DNA of 63,931 nucleotides, filler included, from Bonamia ostreae (Eukaryota): NCBI GenBank assembly GCA_040357525.1. It is 40 parts of 40 records of this genome, joined end to end, with 100 filler letters (N's around TTAATTAATTAA, not from the genome) between each part and the next. Parts side by side here need not be neighbours in the genome. Positions count along the whole stretch, not along the records: positions 62,446 to 63,931 come from JBDODL010001725.1; 39 more parts are not named here. One strand, 5' to 3'. Shown piece by piece: positions 62,900 to 63,931 of this stretch (position 1 is its first letter; each line of letters starts with the position of its first letter). The notes under the pieces were generated by a model. It saw only the letters and a program-made list of their open reading frames with translations, ran no database searches and was not told where the DNA came from. The position numbers and the translations under genes were made by a program.

Positions 62900-63931
62900 C
62901 TCCTCTGGTATAATGAGTATTGTAAGTTAAAGTTTCATTAGAAGTTTGCCCCACCTGGGCTATCTTTATGTAAATTCGTATCACTAGTATATGTTTTATT
63001 TTTCTCCCTGTTTGACATGCCTGCATCTAGAAACTCTTGACTTTCGAATGAATCACCAATCTGGAAACATTGATGTCTTAGTCGCCAAAGCCAAAGTTAT
63101 AACGAAGTATGTCCTTTTCCATGGGACCTTGATGTCTGTGATTGGCCAACTTTGGTGGTGGAGTACCCGATCTGTAGATTAAATCCCTTTATCATAGTGG
63201 TGTTTCACGACTCGCAATCATAGTCATGTTTTTGTCTAAACTGTGCTCGTTTCGAATTTTGGCGGGCACAATGACTTACATCTGTGAGCTGCCTGCCAAG
63301 ATCTGAATTCCACTCATGTGCACTTTGAGCTGATATATTTCCTGGTAAGTTGCCTGTGATAATATGAACTGGTTGAATTACTTCCCTACCGAACACCAAC
63401 CTGTTTGGGAGTAAATCCTGTTTGTATGTGAACCGTTAAATGCAGAGCCATAGCTAAGAGAGGGAAATCACTATCCCAGTTCTTGTTGTCCTTTTCAATG
63501 AAACATCGGATTCTTTGCAGGAATGTGATGTTGTATCTCTCAACATGTCCATTTGAAGACTGGTGGTAAGGAGTGATCCTGGTCTTGGTACTCATCACAC
63601 AATGCTTGATTAGCTGGTGTTAAACACACCCAAGCTATCTAAATGACCCCCCTTATAGGATATAGAGACACTGGGATAGTAAAATCTAAGAGCAGTCCTT
63701 GGTTTTATGTATGACTTCTTGTTCTGATTGCAAGTACTGTATTCGTTGACATATTCTATAGTGTATTGTGATAAGTTTTGCCAATAGAAAGATTGTTTAA
63801 CCCTATGGTCAATCTTCTTTTGTCCGAGAAAACCTGCTGTCTTATTATCATGATAAAACACTAAAAGGGCGATTTAAACATTTTTTTCACCACCAGACAA
63901 ATTTTTCATCGACTGCATCAATCTACTTGTA
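62900..63931 (-). mobile_element. Degenerate Ty3/Gypsy LTR retrotransposon integrase
   Basis: HDNKTAG.LG..YW..C (decayed H2C2) and TPYHQSSNGHVERYN..NWD..TGFTP rve core, with frameshifts and an internal deletion. Confidence 0.9.

Overview
This window is not a natural locus. It is an artificial concatenation of 40 unplaced ~1.5 kb contigs, sorted by decreasing length (1513 to 1486 bp) and joined by 100-nt spacers (N44-TTAATTAATTAA-N44). No synteny can be read across the spacers. Two eukaryotic genomes are mixed. About 20 contigs are gene-poor and look like bivalve (oyster-like) DNA: isolated VWD, FN3, RING and SAM exons with conventional splice sites, plus Helentron, Penelope-like, Tx1-like and Gypsy remnants. 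About 20 contigs come from a very compact, AT-rich protist; my inference, unconfirmed, is an ascetosporean/haplosporidian (Bonamia-like) oyster parasite. Protist genes rebuilt by hand include PSMA5, SMC2, LSM7, SPT5, a DEAH helicase, copine, NFX1, AAMP/SQT1, CSDE1/UNR, a HECT E3, sterol C24-methyltransferase, two mitochondrial carriers and an m-AAA protease. The strongest signal is the protist intron system: many 19-28 nt introns, mostly with GTTT donors and AAG acceptors and no polypyrimidine tract, alongside introns inflated by locus-specific minisatellites. Splicing these introns exposes genes the ORF track misses or breaks up: a zf-MYND/prefoldin-4-like fusion, a 464-aa Sushi-domain surface protein, and two tandem FYVE-like 8-Cys zinc-finger proteins. 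All identifications come from motif recognition by eye, without database searches.
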